Part shown: piece by piece, positions 19,863-29,428 of the stretch | Layout: each line of letters opens with the position of its first letter | How positions within the stretch are numbered: position 1 is the stretch's first letter | DNA from: a bacterium | GTDB taxonomy: Bacteria; Chloroflexota; Dormibacteria; Aeolococcales; Aeolococcaceae | Assembly: GCA_021803465.1 (NCBI GenBank) | Contig: JAJZLL010000049.1 | Coordinates: forward strand, 33,675-97,674 | Direction of reading: 5' to 3' | Length of the DNA: 64,000 bases | The notes under the pieces: model-generated | What the model saw: the letters and a program-made list of their open reading frames with translations, nothing else | What the model was told of the DNA's origin: nothing | The model's database searches: none | Program-made: the position numbers and the translations under genes

Positions 19863-20491
19863 CGTCCCTCGTCATCCATGATGACTGCGTTTGCCACAGC
19901 AGTTGTGTAGTGGGCGTTCGCTGTATCATGCACAGGAACAGGTACTATCTGATCCTTCTCAACATAGCCAGTTTCCCCGGAAGGGAGCTTCACCTTGCAG
20001 AAGGCCCCTTCCAGCACTTCGATCGCTTCAACGCGTGTTGCCGTATACATGTTGCCCCTGCGCGGAGCATCAAACCTTGGTTCTGTGTACAGCACATACG
20101 GCGTGCCTGCCCATGACGCAACAAGCGTTACGGGTCCAAGCGGTATGTTGCGCTCACGATAGTAGGTTCGTGGATCTCCAACAGCCTTCTCAAAGAGCTC
20201 CACAAGCTGTCGGGCCCTTGATCGGGAGGCTTCATCCTTGCTTGCAGTCACTGTGACATGCGTTCCGTCATCAACCACACGTGCTGTGCAGGAGACGAGC
20301 CGTGCTGCCTGAACACCCTCCTTCCACCTTCCCACAAATGTTTTTCGTTCAAACTGGACAATGCGAGCCTCATCATCCTTCACCACTTCAAAACGGTACG
20401 GAGGAGTGCCAATCATCTGCTCCATCACAGCAAATACTTCCCTGGGAGGAGATGAGACGCGAAAGCTCCAAGAGGTTTGTGTAGATGTCAT
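19856..20491 (-). CDS. Hypothetical protein with C-terminal SH3b-like segment
   Basis: ORF 19856..20593 taken from the internal Met MTSTQTSW so that it does not run through the parS sites. Confidence 0.45.
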   Translation of the reverse strand: MTSTQTSWSFRVSSPPREVFAVMEQMIGTPPYRFEVVKDDEARIVQFERKTFVGRWKEGVQAARLVSCTARVVDDGTHVTVTASKDEASRSRARQLVELFEKAVGDPRTYYRERNIPLGPVTLVASWAGTPYVLYTEPRFDAPRRGNMYTATRVEAIEVLEGAFCKVKLPSGETGYVEKDQIVPVPVHDTANAHYTTAVANAVIMDDEGRQ

Positions 20492-20539
20492 TTCCTCTGT
20501 ATTGTACCGAATCTGTGTACCTTGCCTTGAATGCGGAAA

Positions 20540-20555
20540 TGTTTCACGTGAAACA
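20540..20555. promoter_or_regulatory. parS: parS centromere site 1 (TGTTTCACGTGAAACA, perfect consensus)
   Basis: Exact 16-bp palindrome within a 22-bp direct repeat aatgtttcacgtgaaacattgca. Confidence 0.9.
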
Positions 20556-20599
20556 TTGCATTGGCAGGAAAAGGATGTCCCCAGGAATGGCACACTGAA

Positions 20600-20615
20600 T
20601 GTTTCACGTGAAACA
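20600..20615. promoter_or_regulatory. parS: parS centromere site 2 (TGTTTCACGTGAAACA, perfect consensus)
   Basis: Second identical copy 60 bp downstream, ~85 bp upstream of parA. Confidence 0.9.
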
Positions 20616-20700
20616 TTGCAACAGGCAACAGTAGCGAAACGGTGTTCGCAATTGTGTCACGACTTCCCAAAACATAAGGAGTTGTCGTACTCTGTACCTC

Positions 20701-21504
20701 GTGAGCGCTATTGTACTTGCTGTCGTAAACCAAAAGGGCGGTGTTGGCAAAACCACCACTGTCGTCAATCTCGCAGCGTCCCTTGCCGAAAAAGGCAAGA
20801 GAACGCTCATCATCGACTGTGATCCACAGGGTAACTGCACTACGGGTCTCGGGTACATTCCAGAGACAGTAAACAGCAGTGTCTACGACGTCGTCGTCCT
20901 AGGACAACCCATCACATCAGCAACCATACCAACTGCTGTGGAGAATCTCTGGCTCGTTCCTGCCACACTGCAGCTTGCAGGTGCGGAAATTGAACTTGTC
21001 GGACTTCCCCGTCGGGAGTACCGTCTGAGCTATGCGCTTGAAGCGCTTGATGAAGTCTATGACTACGTTCTCATTGACTGCCCCCCAAGCCTCGGCCTTC
21101 TCACTCTCAACGCCATAGTTGCTTCGGTGGGACTTGTTGTCCCCATACAGTGCGAGTTCTATGCTCTTCAGGGGCTGAGCCTTCTTTCGCACACGATTTC
21201 TCTCGTTCGTCAGAGCCTCAAGCCGTCGCTTGTCATCGTCGGCATCATCATGACACTGTACGATGCCCGCCTCTCACTGGCCCATCAGGTTGTTGATGAG
21301 ATTCGTGACCGGTTTGGAGACGAACTGCTTGAGCCGTTCATTCCCCGATCTGTCAGGTTGAGTGAAGCTCCAAGCCATGGACTTCCCATCACTGCTTACG
21401 ATCCAGGTGGGAAAGGAACAAAAGCGTATCTCGCAGTCGCAGACGCTCTGGAAGCACGCATTCATTCACTGTTTCCTACCATCTCGGCCATTCCTGAGGA
21501 GTAG
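20701..21504 (+). CDS. parA: Chromosome partitioning ATPase ParA/Soj
   Basis: Deviant Walker A VVNQKGGVGKTTT, GTG start. Confidence 0.9.
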   Translation: MSAIVLAVVNQKGGVGKTTTVVNLAASLAEKGKRTLIIDCDPQGNCTTGLGYIPETVNSSVYDVVVLGQPITSATIPTAVENLWLVPATLQLAGAEIELVGLPRREYRLSYALEALDEVYDYVLIDCPPSLGLLTLNAIVASVGLVVPIQCEFYALQGLSLLSHTISLVRQSLKPSLVIVGIIMTLYDARLSLAHQVVDEIRDRFGDELLEPFIPRSVRLSEAPSHGLPITAYDPGGKGTKAYLAVADALEARIHSLFPTISAIPEE

Positions 21505-21506
21505 AT

Positions 21507-22415
21507 ATGGCAACCCAGAAGCGGGGCCTGGGACGTGGGCTCGATGCACTGATTCCGCAGACCTCTGCTGCAGTGATCAATCCCCCCGCATCTGGTCTTG
21601 TCGAGATAGATCCAAAGGCAGTTGCTCCCAACCCAGAGCAGCCCCGCCAGGAGTTCGATGAGGATGAGATTGCCCGGCTCGCCAACTCCATAAGTCTGTA
21701 CGGCCTTCTCCATCCCATCGTAGTTGAGAATGTTGGAGGAGCATACCGACTTGTTGCTGGTGAGCGGAGACTTCGCGCCTGCCAGCGCCTCGGACTCACG
21801 CAGATCCCAGCCATAGTGCGTCCAACCTCTGCCAGGCGGGAGTCGCTCGAGCTCGCGCTTACCGAGAACATGTTCCGGTCAAACCTCTCTGCGATCGAGG
21901 AGGCTGCAGCGTACAACCGGCTTGCGGAAACGTTCGGACTCTCCCATGACACGATCGCATCCCGGCTCGGCAAGAGCCGTTCCACCATAACGAACACCAT
22001 CCGCCTTCTCAACCTTCCTGCACCTGTGCAGAAAGCGATCAAAGACGGACAGCTTACTGCTGGTCATGGACGCGCCATCCTCTCACTGCCCTCCGAGGAG
22101 GAACAGGTCGCCTTTGCCGCGCAGATCATCCAGAACTCCTGGAGCGTGCGTGAAACTGAGGAATACGTCCAGCATCCACCATCCGTCGCAGCGCAGAACA
22201 AGGAAGCTGCGGATCCTGGCACACAGGACAAGGGTGCGAAAAGGAATGACTCAGCTTCGGTCGAGGATGCCACATACATTCACGCCCTTGAGACAGTCGT
22301 TGGCATGCCTGTTGCGCTCCGACGCACGAGGAAAGGTGGATATCTGGTACTGAAGTTCACGGACAACGATGACCTGTCAGCGCTGTACAACAGGCTCGGC
22401 GGACCGCCTCTCTGA
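21507..22415 (+). CDS. parB: Chromosome partitioning protein ParB/Spo0J
   Basis: ParB box VAGERRLRA and an HTH region (DTIASRLGKSRSTITNTIRLL). Confidence 0.9.
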   Translation: MATQKRGLGRGLDALIPQTSAAVINPPASGLVEIDPKAVAPNPEQPRQEFDEDEIARLANSISLYGLLHPIVVENVGGAYRLVAGERRLRACQRLGLTQIPAIVRPTSARRESLELALTENMFRSNLSAIEEAAAYNRLAETFGLSHDTIASRLGKSRSTITNTIRLLNLPAPVQKAIKDGQLTAGHGRAILSLPSEEEQVAFAAQIIQNSWSVRETEEYVQHPPSVAAQNKEAADPGTQDKGAKRNDSASVEDATYIHALETVVGMPVALRRTRKGGYLVLKFTDNDDLSALYNRLGGPPL

Positions 22416-22524
22416 CCCACTCTCCTGTCCGTGTGTGAACACATCCTGTTTGCTCTTCACTTAACGACGAAAGACGGGACACAGCCCATTGACCATGCCC
22501 CGTCTTCGCGCGCCTTGGCGACTC

Positions 22525-23151
22525 TTAGCCGATTGCGCGCTCCGCTGTGCCAAGGTATCTCGACTCGGCCTTCGCAACATCAAGGTTCGCAAGGAAGGAC
22601 TCGATGTACTTGCCCCGCTCTGCTGGCTTGTAGTCCAGGAGGAATGCATGCTCCCAAACATCCATGACGATGATTGGCTTGAACCCTGCAATGTTGCCGT
22701 CCTGATGGAGGGTGATCCAATGGTTCGAAAGCCGGTTTGTCGCAGGATCAAGATAGGTTACAGCCCAGCCCACGCCACGCATGCCCCCAATTGCCGTGAA
22801 GTCACGCTTCCAGGTGTCGAGGTCCCCGAAAGATTCCGCAAGCGCACGTCCCAGGGATGAGGATGCCGCAACATCCGATCCGCCACTGCTTGTCATGTTG
22901 TCGAAGTACCACTCATGGAGCACCATGCCGTTGTACTCGAATCCGAGACGGCGGGAGAGTTCCGCATATTCAAGCGATGTCTCCTTGTGCGCCTCGGAAA
23001 GATGGAACAGCTGTTCCGTAAGGAGATTCGTGTTCTTCACATAGCCGCCATACAGACCGAAGTGCACTTCGAGTGTATGGTCAGAGATTCCCACAAGTCC
23101 CGAAAGATTGAACTCCTTCGCCTTGTAGGGTGTTTGCGTCAATAGCGCCAT
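22525..23151 (-). CDS. sodA: Fe/Mn superoxide dismutase
   Basis: DVWEHAF(L) motif and HH...GGYVKN N-terminal region. Confidence 0.9.
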   Translation of the reverse strand: MALLTQTPYKAKEFNLSGLVGISDHTLEVHFGLYGGYVKNTNLLTEQLFHLSEAHKETSLEYAELSRRLGFEYNGMVLHEWYFDNMTSSGGSDVAASSSLGRALAESFGDLDTWKRDFTAIGGMRGVGWAVTYLDPATNRLSNHWITLHQDGNIAGFKPIIVMDVWEHAFLLDYKPAERGKYIESFLANLDVAKAESRYLGTAERAIG

Positions 23152-23278
23152 AGGGTTTCCTCCTGTTTGTGACGGGGATGGTCACATCTGATACTCCCCT
23201 ATTGTGCCAAAGTTCCGAGTTCTCCTGTCGGGAAAGACTGTCGAAGGCAGCGTGCATTCGTATACTGGTGATAGACAG

Positions 23279-24001
23279 ATGCAGACTCCCCAGGACACCC
23301 AGACGACACCTCCCCAGCAGGATCGACGCCAGCTTATCGCATGGCTGCGGGACTCACTTGAGATCATCATCATCGCCATCATCCTGTACTTCGTCGTCTC
23401 CAACATCATCTTCACAGTGCGGGTGGATGGCACAAGCATGGAACCTGGTCTTCAGACAGGGAATCTCCTCATTGTCAACAAGGCTGCCCTCACACTCGGC
23501 ACTCCGCAGCGTGGTGACATCGTTATTCTCAATCCGCCCATTCAGAGTTCGAACGACTTCATCAAGCGCATCATCGGACTTCCTGGAGATGTCATCGAGA
23601 TAGATGGAACCGTGAGCCCCACAAGGATACTGATCAAGCCCGGTGGCAAAGGCCCTTGGGAACAGCTCGTGGAACCGTATCTTCCCTCCGTTCCATGGAC
23701 AGTGCGGAACATGTGCTGCACCCCTGGAGGAGAAGCGTCCGCAATCCCTGCACCTGTCACCGTTCCACCGCACGAGTACTTTGTTCTGGGTGACAACCGC
23801 AACGTCTCGGAGGATTCACGCATCTTCGGTTTCGTGAAGCAGAAAGACATCTTCGCTGTCGCCATTTTCCGGCTCTTCCCGTTCAACGAGTGGGGTACTC
23901 TTGGCGACACACCAACGCTTGTTCCCGTTCCCCAGGCGCTGTCCACCACAGCGCTTCCCGGTTCACATAGAAGCATGCATGATATCGCACGAAGCGCATA
24001 A
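23279..24001 (+). CDS. lepB: Signal peptidase I
   Basis: Catalytic boxes RVDGTSMEP, IKRIIGLPGD, FVLGDNRNVSEDSR. Confidence 0.85.
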   Translation: MQTPQDTQTTPPQQDRRQLIAWLRDSLEIIIIAIILYFVVSNIIFTVRVDGTSMEPGLQTGNLLIVNKAALTLGTPQRGDIVILNPPIQSSNDFIKRIIGLPGDVIEIDGTVSPTRILIKPGGKGPWEQLVEPYLPSVPWTVRNMCCTPGGEASAIPAPVTVPPHEYFVLGDNRNVSEDSRIFGFVKQKDIFAVAIFRLFPFNEWGTLGDTPTLVPVPQALSTTALPGSHRSMHDIARSA

Positions 24002-24022
24002 GTAGCGCGCTGCGAGTATTAT

Positions 24023-24490
24023 CTACGAGGGAACCGCGATCTCCTCAACGATCCAGCCATCGACATTGCGCTTCCAGGAAACGAGTTCCTGCTTCGTGAA
24101 GAAGAGCCCAACCTCAACTTCTGCCCGGGATGGCGAGTCGCTTCCATGGACAATGTTCCGTGCGACATCTATGCCATATGTTCCACGGATCGTTCCTGGC
24201 TGGGCCTGCGCAGGATGCGTTGCACCCATGAGCTTCCGCCCGACTGCGACAGCATCCGGGCCCTCCCACACCATCGCAACAATGGGAGAAGACGTGATGA
24301 AGCTGACGAGACCCTCGTAAAAACCCTTTCCCTTGTGCTCTGCGTAGTGCTCTTCCGCAAGCTCCCGTGAAACCTGCATGAACTTGAGACCCACGCACTT
24401 GAGGCCCGTTCTCTCGAAGGTGCCAATGATCTCACCCATGAGCCCGCGCTGCACACCATCAGGTTTGATGAGTATGAGTGTCCGTTCCAT
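24023..24490 (-). CDS. ndk: Nucleoside diphosphate kinase
   Basis: MERTLILIKPDGVQRG...NIVHGSD motifs. Confidence 0.9.
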   Translation of the reverse strand: MERTLILIKPDGVQRGLMGEIIGTFERTGLKCVGLKFMQVSRELAEEHYAEHKGKGFYEGLVSFITSSPIVAMVWEGPDAVAVGRKLMGATHPAQAQPGTIRGTYGIDVARNIVHGSDSPSRAEVEVGLFFTKQELVSWKRNVDGWIVEEIAVPS

Positions 24491-24559
24491 TGTTCCAGTC
24501 CCCTTCCTCACGAAATGTCCAGTATCACCCAATCGTACCTGAACGGAGCACCCCGGTTG

Positions 24560-25867
24560 CTACAGCCTGCTGTTCCGCCTCTCCACACGCTCCTGCAGCA
24601 GCTCCCTCATGGGCAACGGTCCATCCACTGCGCACGAGATCTCCTGTGCCTGCACAATGTCATGGAGCACAGTCACCACCTCGTCCTCCGTCACAGCCTC
24701 AATGCGGTCCGCAAGCTCCTCCGGCTGGAGGATGCGTCCGAGGAGAATCTCCTGCTCACAGAGGTACTCCGCGACTGCACCCGTGTCCTCGAGTCCCAGG
24801 GCTAGATGTCCTAGGAGGTAGTCTTTCGCCTTTCGCAGCTCCTCTTGCCTGACTCCTCCTTCGACCATGCGGTCCACCGTGTCAAGAGCAGCATCCCACG
24901 CCTCCACTGCAGCATCCGGATCACATGCGAACGCAATGGTGGCATCCCCTGCATCGCAGTAGTTCGTCATGGCTGCCCTGACGTCATACACGAGGCCCGC
25001 ATCCTCACGCAACCGGACAAACAGCCGAGATGACATGCCATCTCCAAGAATGGTGAGCGCAAGGTCCAGAGGAAACCTTCGGTCATCCGTATATGCAAGT
25101 CCCCGTGTCCCCAGCACAACATTCGTCTGCTCCGCATCCCTTGGATTCCACACGAACGATTTCTGGACAGCGGGAGGCGGATCTGAAGTCCGAGATGAGG
25201 GACCACGGGAGCTGCCCAGATGCTTCAACCGCTCCTCCACACTCCGGAGCACACTGTCTCCCGAGCACCCCCCCGTCACGCAGACCACTGCCTGTTCTGG
25301 TCTGTACTCTTCCCCGTGGAAACTCAGCACCTGACTGCGGGTAAGCTGCATGACAGACTCTTCATCGCCAGCCACATCACGGCCGAGCGCATGATGGGGC
25401 CACAGGGCCTCGTCAAACAGGGACTCCACATAGTCCTGTGGAGAATCCTTGTACATGCGAAGCTCCTCAATGACTACCCTCTTCTCCTTGGGGATATCCT
25501 CCTCACGGAATGCGGGTTCAAGAACAATGTCCGCCAGCACATCCCAGGCCTGCTCCCAAGATCCTTTGGGAACCCGGGTCCAAAAGGCTGTCTGCTCGCG
25601 GTCTGTCGATGCGTTGATTGCACCCCCAATCCGCTCAATGGCTTCAGCCACTGCATGAGCAGAACGCCATCTCTGTCCGCCCTTGAACACGAGATGTTCA
25701 ATGAAGTGGGCAATGCCCTCTTCCTTTGGACGTTCCACACGGGAGCCTATGTTCACTGCAAAGACAGTGGAGCAGGACACGCGTCCTGCCATCGGGCAGA
25801 CGATCACGCGAAGACCAGACGGAAGGACTGATCTCTCAACAGCTAGCCTCGGGAGTTCCACTTCCAC
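24560..25867 (-). CDS. M16-family zinc peptidase (insulinase-like)
   Basis: Inverted zincin motif HFIEHLVFKG...E in the N-terminal half. Confidence 0.8.
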   Translation of the reverse strand: MEVELPRLAVERSVLPSGLRVIVCPMAGRVSCSTVFAVNIGSRVERPKEEGIAHFIEHLVFKGGQRWRSAHAVAEAIERIGGAINASTDREQTAFWTRVPKGSWEQAWDVLADIVLEPAFREEDIPKEKRVVIEELRMYKDSPQDYVESLFDEALWPHHALGRDVAGDEESVMQLTRSQVLSFHGEEYRPEQAVVCVTGGCSGDSVLRSVEERLKHLGSSRGPSSRTSDPPPAVQKSFVWNPRDAEQTNVVLGTRGLAYTDDRRFPLDLALTILGDGMSSRLFVRLREDAGLVYDVRAAMTNYCDAGDATIAFACDPDAAVEAWDAALDTVDRMVEGGVRQEELRKAKDYLLGHLALGLEDTGAVAEYLCEQEILLGRILQPEELADRIEAVTEDEVVTVLHDIVQAQEISCAVDGPLPMRELLQERVERRNSRL

Positions 25868-25879
25868 GTTCCTGTACGC

Positions 25880-26683
25880 CTACCTGTCGTAATGGGAACC
25901 GTTTCTCCGGCCCTGGCCCCACTGGCTTCTGTTGCCGTATGCGCTGCCAGGACGTCGTGTCGCATTCTCGGGATTGGTGGGAATGACTGCCACCCGGCGC
26001 CGGGGCTCAGCCCCTGTGCTTTCCGTCCGGACCCCCTCCTCCTCCTGGAGAGTCACGTGGACCACGCGACGCTCATAGGGCTGCATTGGATCGAGAACGT
26101 ACCGCTCGCCGGTTTCCCTGACGCGCTGCGCAATCCTGTGGGCAAGACTCCGTACATACTCCTCACGTCGGAGCCGGTACCGCTCCACATCAATGTAGAC
26201 CTTGCGGGCGGAGTCGTCATCACTCGCAATCATGAGATGGATGAGTGTCTGGATGGCCTGGAGCGTCTCTCCTCTCCAGCCAATGAGGAGACCAAGATCG
26301 TCACCACTCACATCAAGAATGACTGGTGGCACATCTCCTGCTGGATGGCTTCCAAGATGGCCCCTCCTCGCTGTGATTGTGGCCTCGGCACCCATCTTGT
26401 CAAGCAGTCCAGAAAGAATTTCCCTGGCATGACTTGTGAGAGCATCCATCTTCCAGACTCGTACTTTGGCACGTGATCCGGAAACGGTCTCGCCGGGAAG
26501 TGCTGTGACGCCCTGGGAGAGAACGAGCACCTCCGCATCCAGTTCCTCAATGCCAAGCTTTGCGCACGCCTGAGCGACCGCTTCATCGACCGTGTCTGCC
26601 GCTTCCTCCAGCCCGCCATCATTGACAGGGACTGTCTGGACATAACCAGACTCGACCTGCTGTGTTGTGTCATCCATCTCCAT
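25880..26683 (-). CDS. jag: Jag/KhpB RNA-binding protein (KH + R3H)
   Basis: KH-like LLIGWRGETLQAIQTLI and C-terminal R3H region. Conserved position upstream of yidC. Confidence 0.8.
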   Translation of the reverse strand: MEMDDTTQQVESGYVQTVPVNDGGLEEAADTVDEAVAQACAKLGIEELDAEVLVLSQGVTALPGETVSGSRAKVRVWKMDALTSHAREILSGLLDKMGAEATITARRGHLGSHPAGDVPPVILDVSGDDLGLLIGWRGETLQAIQTLIHLMIASDDDSARKVYIDVERYRLRREEYVRSLAHRIAQRVRETGERYVLDPMQPYERRVVHVTLQEEEGVRTESTGAEPRRRVAVIPTNPENATRRPGSAYGNRSQWGQGRRNGSHYDR

Positions 26684-26728
26684 GTGTACTCCTCACCTTC
26701 GTGCTGTGTATTGGGTATCGCTAGGATG

Positions 26729-27646
26729 TCAGCTTTTCGAAGCAGCCTTTGCTGCCCCTCCCGTGCCCTTGCTACGGATTCGCTCCTCGATGCGCTTCTC
26801 CCGACGGGCAATGAGCTCCGCAGTACGCTTTGTGCCTGGGAACCAGGAGGGAACCGTAAGGTTTCCCCACCCCATGATCACGTACTGCTGGATAACGCTG
26901 AAGACAGTGATCGTGAGGTAGTAGAGCACAAGGCCCTGGGAGAACTCAAGTGCAAAAACAAAGAGCATGATGCCCGAGATTGCCCCCATCGACTTTCCCA
27001 TTGATGCGCCCATCTGCTGCTGCTGGTCCGTTGCTCCGGGAATGTTTGTCTGTCCAATCATGCGGAACTGCATGAAGGAAAGAATGCCCGTCACGACGGG
27101 AAGGAGAAAGAGGTCGATATGGATCACTATCGCGGGTATCATCCCGATGATGCCGCCCTGCACGCCATGGCAGCACGCGGTGAGTGCGGACTTGCTGAGA
27201 TCCGGAATCCAGAGAAACCCAGGATGCACGCGTATGTGCGCCGATGCGGAACGGATGGCATCGTACATTGCGAAGAGGAATGGAATCTGGATGAGAAGGG
27301 GCAGGCAGCCCGCAAGGTTCGCATACGGACTCATGCCAAGATCCTTGTACATCTTCATCATTTCACGGTTGAGCGCTTGGGGATCCCCCTTATGCTTCTT
27401 CCGCAGCTCCTTGAGCCGTGGCCCAAGGATCGTGTTGTCCGCAGCCATGTTGAGCTGTGTCTGGTACTGCCATCGAAAGAGGGGAAGGAGTATGAGGCGA
27501 ATCACAATCGTCACGATGAGAATGGCAAGCCCGAATGCGCCAACCGCATTCGCTGCCGGATTGCCAGCCAGCCAGTTTGCCAGATGCTCAATCGACCACT
27601 GGATGAGATTGTAGATCCCGACAAACGGTGCGATGATTGGGTTCAT
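26729..27646 (-). CDS. yidC: Membrane protein insertase YidC/Oxa1 (short form)
   Basis: Polytopic ~300-aa YidC-like protein with a basic C-tail, in the conserved rpmH-rnpA-yidD-yidC order. Confidence 0.85.
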   Translation of the reverse strand: MNPIIAPFVGIYNLIQWSIEHLANWLAGNPAANAVGAFGLAILIVTIVIRLILLPLFRWQYQTQLNMAADNTILGPRLKELRKKHKGDPQALNREMMKMYKDLGMSPYANLAGCLPLLIQIPFLFAMYDAIRSASAHIRVHPGFLWIPDLSKSALTACCHGVQGGIIGMIPAIVIHIDLFLLPVVTGILSFMQFRMIGQTNIPGATDQQQQMGASMGKSMGAISGIMLFVFALEFSQGLVLYYLTITVFSVIQQYVIMGWGNLTVPSWFPGTKRTAELIARREKRIEERIRSKGTGGAAKAASKS

Positions 27647-27963
27647 TGCTCCTTCTTCCTCGCTTGACGGTCACGCTTCAGACGCCGCGCGTCTCGCCAT
27701 GACATGTAGACATCTGGAACGGGGTCATATCCATAGCCCCCAAACGGTTGGCACCGAGCTATCCGACGCAGGGCGAGCCACCACCCACGTCTCCATCCAA
27801 ATCGCTCTATTGAAGTATACGCATATTGGGAACATGTCGGAGTGTACCTGCAGGAGCTCATGACGCCAAACACTGGGGAGAGCGTGTGCTTGTAGATCCT
27901 GATGACAATGAGGCTTGCCCTGGCTGCCAGGCCAGGGCGGTGGGGCTCAGATGTTGACATCAT
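27643..27963 (-). CDS. yidD: Membrane protein insertion efficiency factor YidD
   Basis: CRYTPTCSQYA...RCQPFGGYGYDP signature. Start chosen at an internal Met. Confidence 0.8.
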   Translation of the reverse strand: MMSTSEPHRPGLAARASLIVIRIYKHTLSPVFGVMSSCRYTPTCSQYAYTSIERFGWRRGWWLALRRIARCQPFGGYGYDPVPDVYMSWRDARRLKRDRQARKKEQ

Positions 27964-28321
27964 TGGCCACCTGGGAAGCAGGAATGCGCCTGAGTACGCC
28001 CTCGATCTCGGCGAGCAGCCTGTTCCAGGGAAGCTGGGCCACCTGCTCATCCCCCACAAGAACAATGTCACAACCGCTGGCAAGGCAATACCTCAACTCA
28101 TGGAGTGCTGCCTTGAGCCGTCTCCGGATCCGGTTCCTTCTCACTGCACCCTTCATCTTCCGTGAAGACACGGCAAACCTGACTTCTGCATCAGCAGGAT
28201 CATGCATGTGCACGAAGACTGCAACAGACCCAACGCGCCTGCGCACACCCTGTCTCCTCACCCGGCTGACCTCTGTCTTTGGAGTTAGCCGTGTCCACGT
28301 CTGTGTGGCTACTTGCCCCAT
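27947..28321 (-). CDS. rnpA: RNase P protein component
   Basis: Basic RNR motif [18 protein letters not shown]. Start overlaps the rpmH stop. Confidence 0.8.
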   Translation of the reverse strand: MGQVATQTWTRLTPKTEVSRVRRQGVRRRVGSVAVFVHMHDPADAEVRFAVSSRKMKGAVRRNRIRRRLKAALHELRYCLASGCDIVLVGDEQVAQLPWNRLLAEIEGVLRRIPASQVANDVNI

Positions 28322-28455
28322 GACGGAGTGAGCACCTTCCGTCCCTTCAGGCGGCGAGCCTTGATAACACGACGGCCACCAGGACTTGACATCCGGACCA
28401 TGAATCCGTGGGTCTTTCCCCAATACCGGCGCTTTGGTTGAAAAGTTCGTTTCAT
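28309..28455 (-). CDS. rpmH: 50S ribosomal protein L34
   Basis: Manual translation [48 protein letters not shown]. Not resolved as its own ORF in the supplied track. Confidence 0.85.
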   Translation of the reverse strand: MKRTFQPKRRYWGKTHGFMVRMSSPGGRRVIKARRLKGRKVLTPSWGK

Positions 28456-29428
28456 CTTGCCCTGTACCCTGCGTTATCCACCACTCTGGTGCGTACCCTT
28501 CAGTATACACAAGGCAGCATGTTCTCCCGCACTCAGGTGGCTAGAGGCTTTCGAGGACAGCTCTGTCCACCTCTGCGCTTGCTGCTTCCCGCTTCTTCCA
28601 TTCCCGGTCGTTGACAACCTCCCGCACGACATGGGAAAGATCGCAGAGGTTTCCCTCTTCCCGTGCCTGCCCGCATGCCGACCAGGTTGTCGATTGCGTC
28701 CCGTCCGTCCAGGTAAGACTGTCCAGGCTTGGTGCTGCAGCAAGTGTGAGCGTCGCACCAGTCCTCGTGGTGGCAGTGAGCACTGTCTCCCGGGATCCTG
28801 CTGGCTGCGGAACCTCGTCCCATATCAGCCTGCCCTGCCGTGTGAGCGCAATGACTGCTGCAAACACCTGGACGCCTCTCATGTCGTGATCTGGTGCGTT
28901 CCCATTCCCAACTTGCTCCGCATTATTGCTGTGCATGTCTTCCATCACCAACTCCTTTTCCGCTTTACCCTGTTCCTTTCGGGGCGTTCCGTTGCACCAT
29001 CGTATGCTATCCTTCACGATTCCTCGCAGCAGTCCCGTCCGCCAATGGGCTGCACGCCTGGAGAAACTCCATCAATGGTGCCCTTATGGATGACTGCACG
29101 TGATTCGCAAGATCCTCTCACACATTGGGCAACCTGCTCATCCATCAGGCGAAGGAACCAGGCATCTGGCCCGATGGAGTGCAGACAAACATGATCAAGG
29201 CTCCCGAGCAGGGCGCAGCAACCTGGACTTCCGGAAGCGCTATGCTGCCTGCAGCTTCAAGTGCCGAATGATCATGGGCCACTGCGCAATTCCCTCTGCA
29301 TTACCCCATGCTGTCTTCGCAGTATATCCACCCTGCTGGGACATGCTGACGGACAGTGTCGCAGCGTGAAGGAAGGTTGCCGCTTTGTCCGTGCCACGTC
29401 CGTGTCAGAAGGCTTAAACCAGAGACAA

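Noticed and set aside
22471-22506. 8-bp stem / 19-nt loop inverted repeat between convergent parB and sodA
   Set aside because: Short stem with a large loop. Too weak to call a terminator with confidence.
28541-29017. 158-aa minus-strand ORF in the rpmH-AAA spacer
   Set aside because: No motif and no RBS seen. It would lie upstream of rpmH on the same strand, which is atypical. It is left unannotated, but the ~1-kb spacer (28456-29428) deserves a check for promoters or small RNAs. Only one weak DnaA-box-like TTATCCACC (~28473) was seen.
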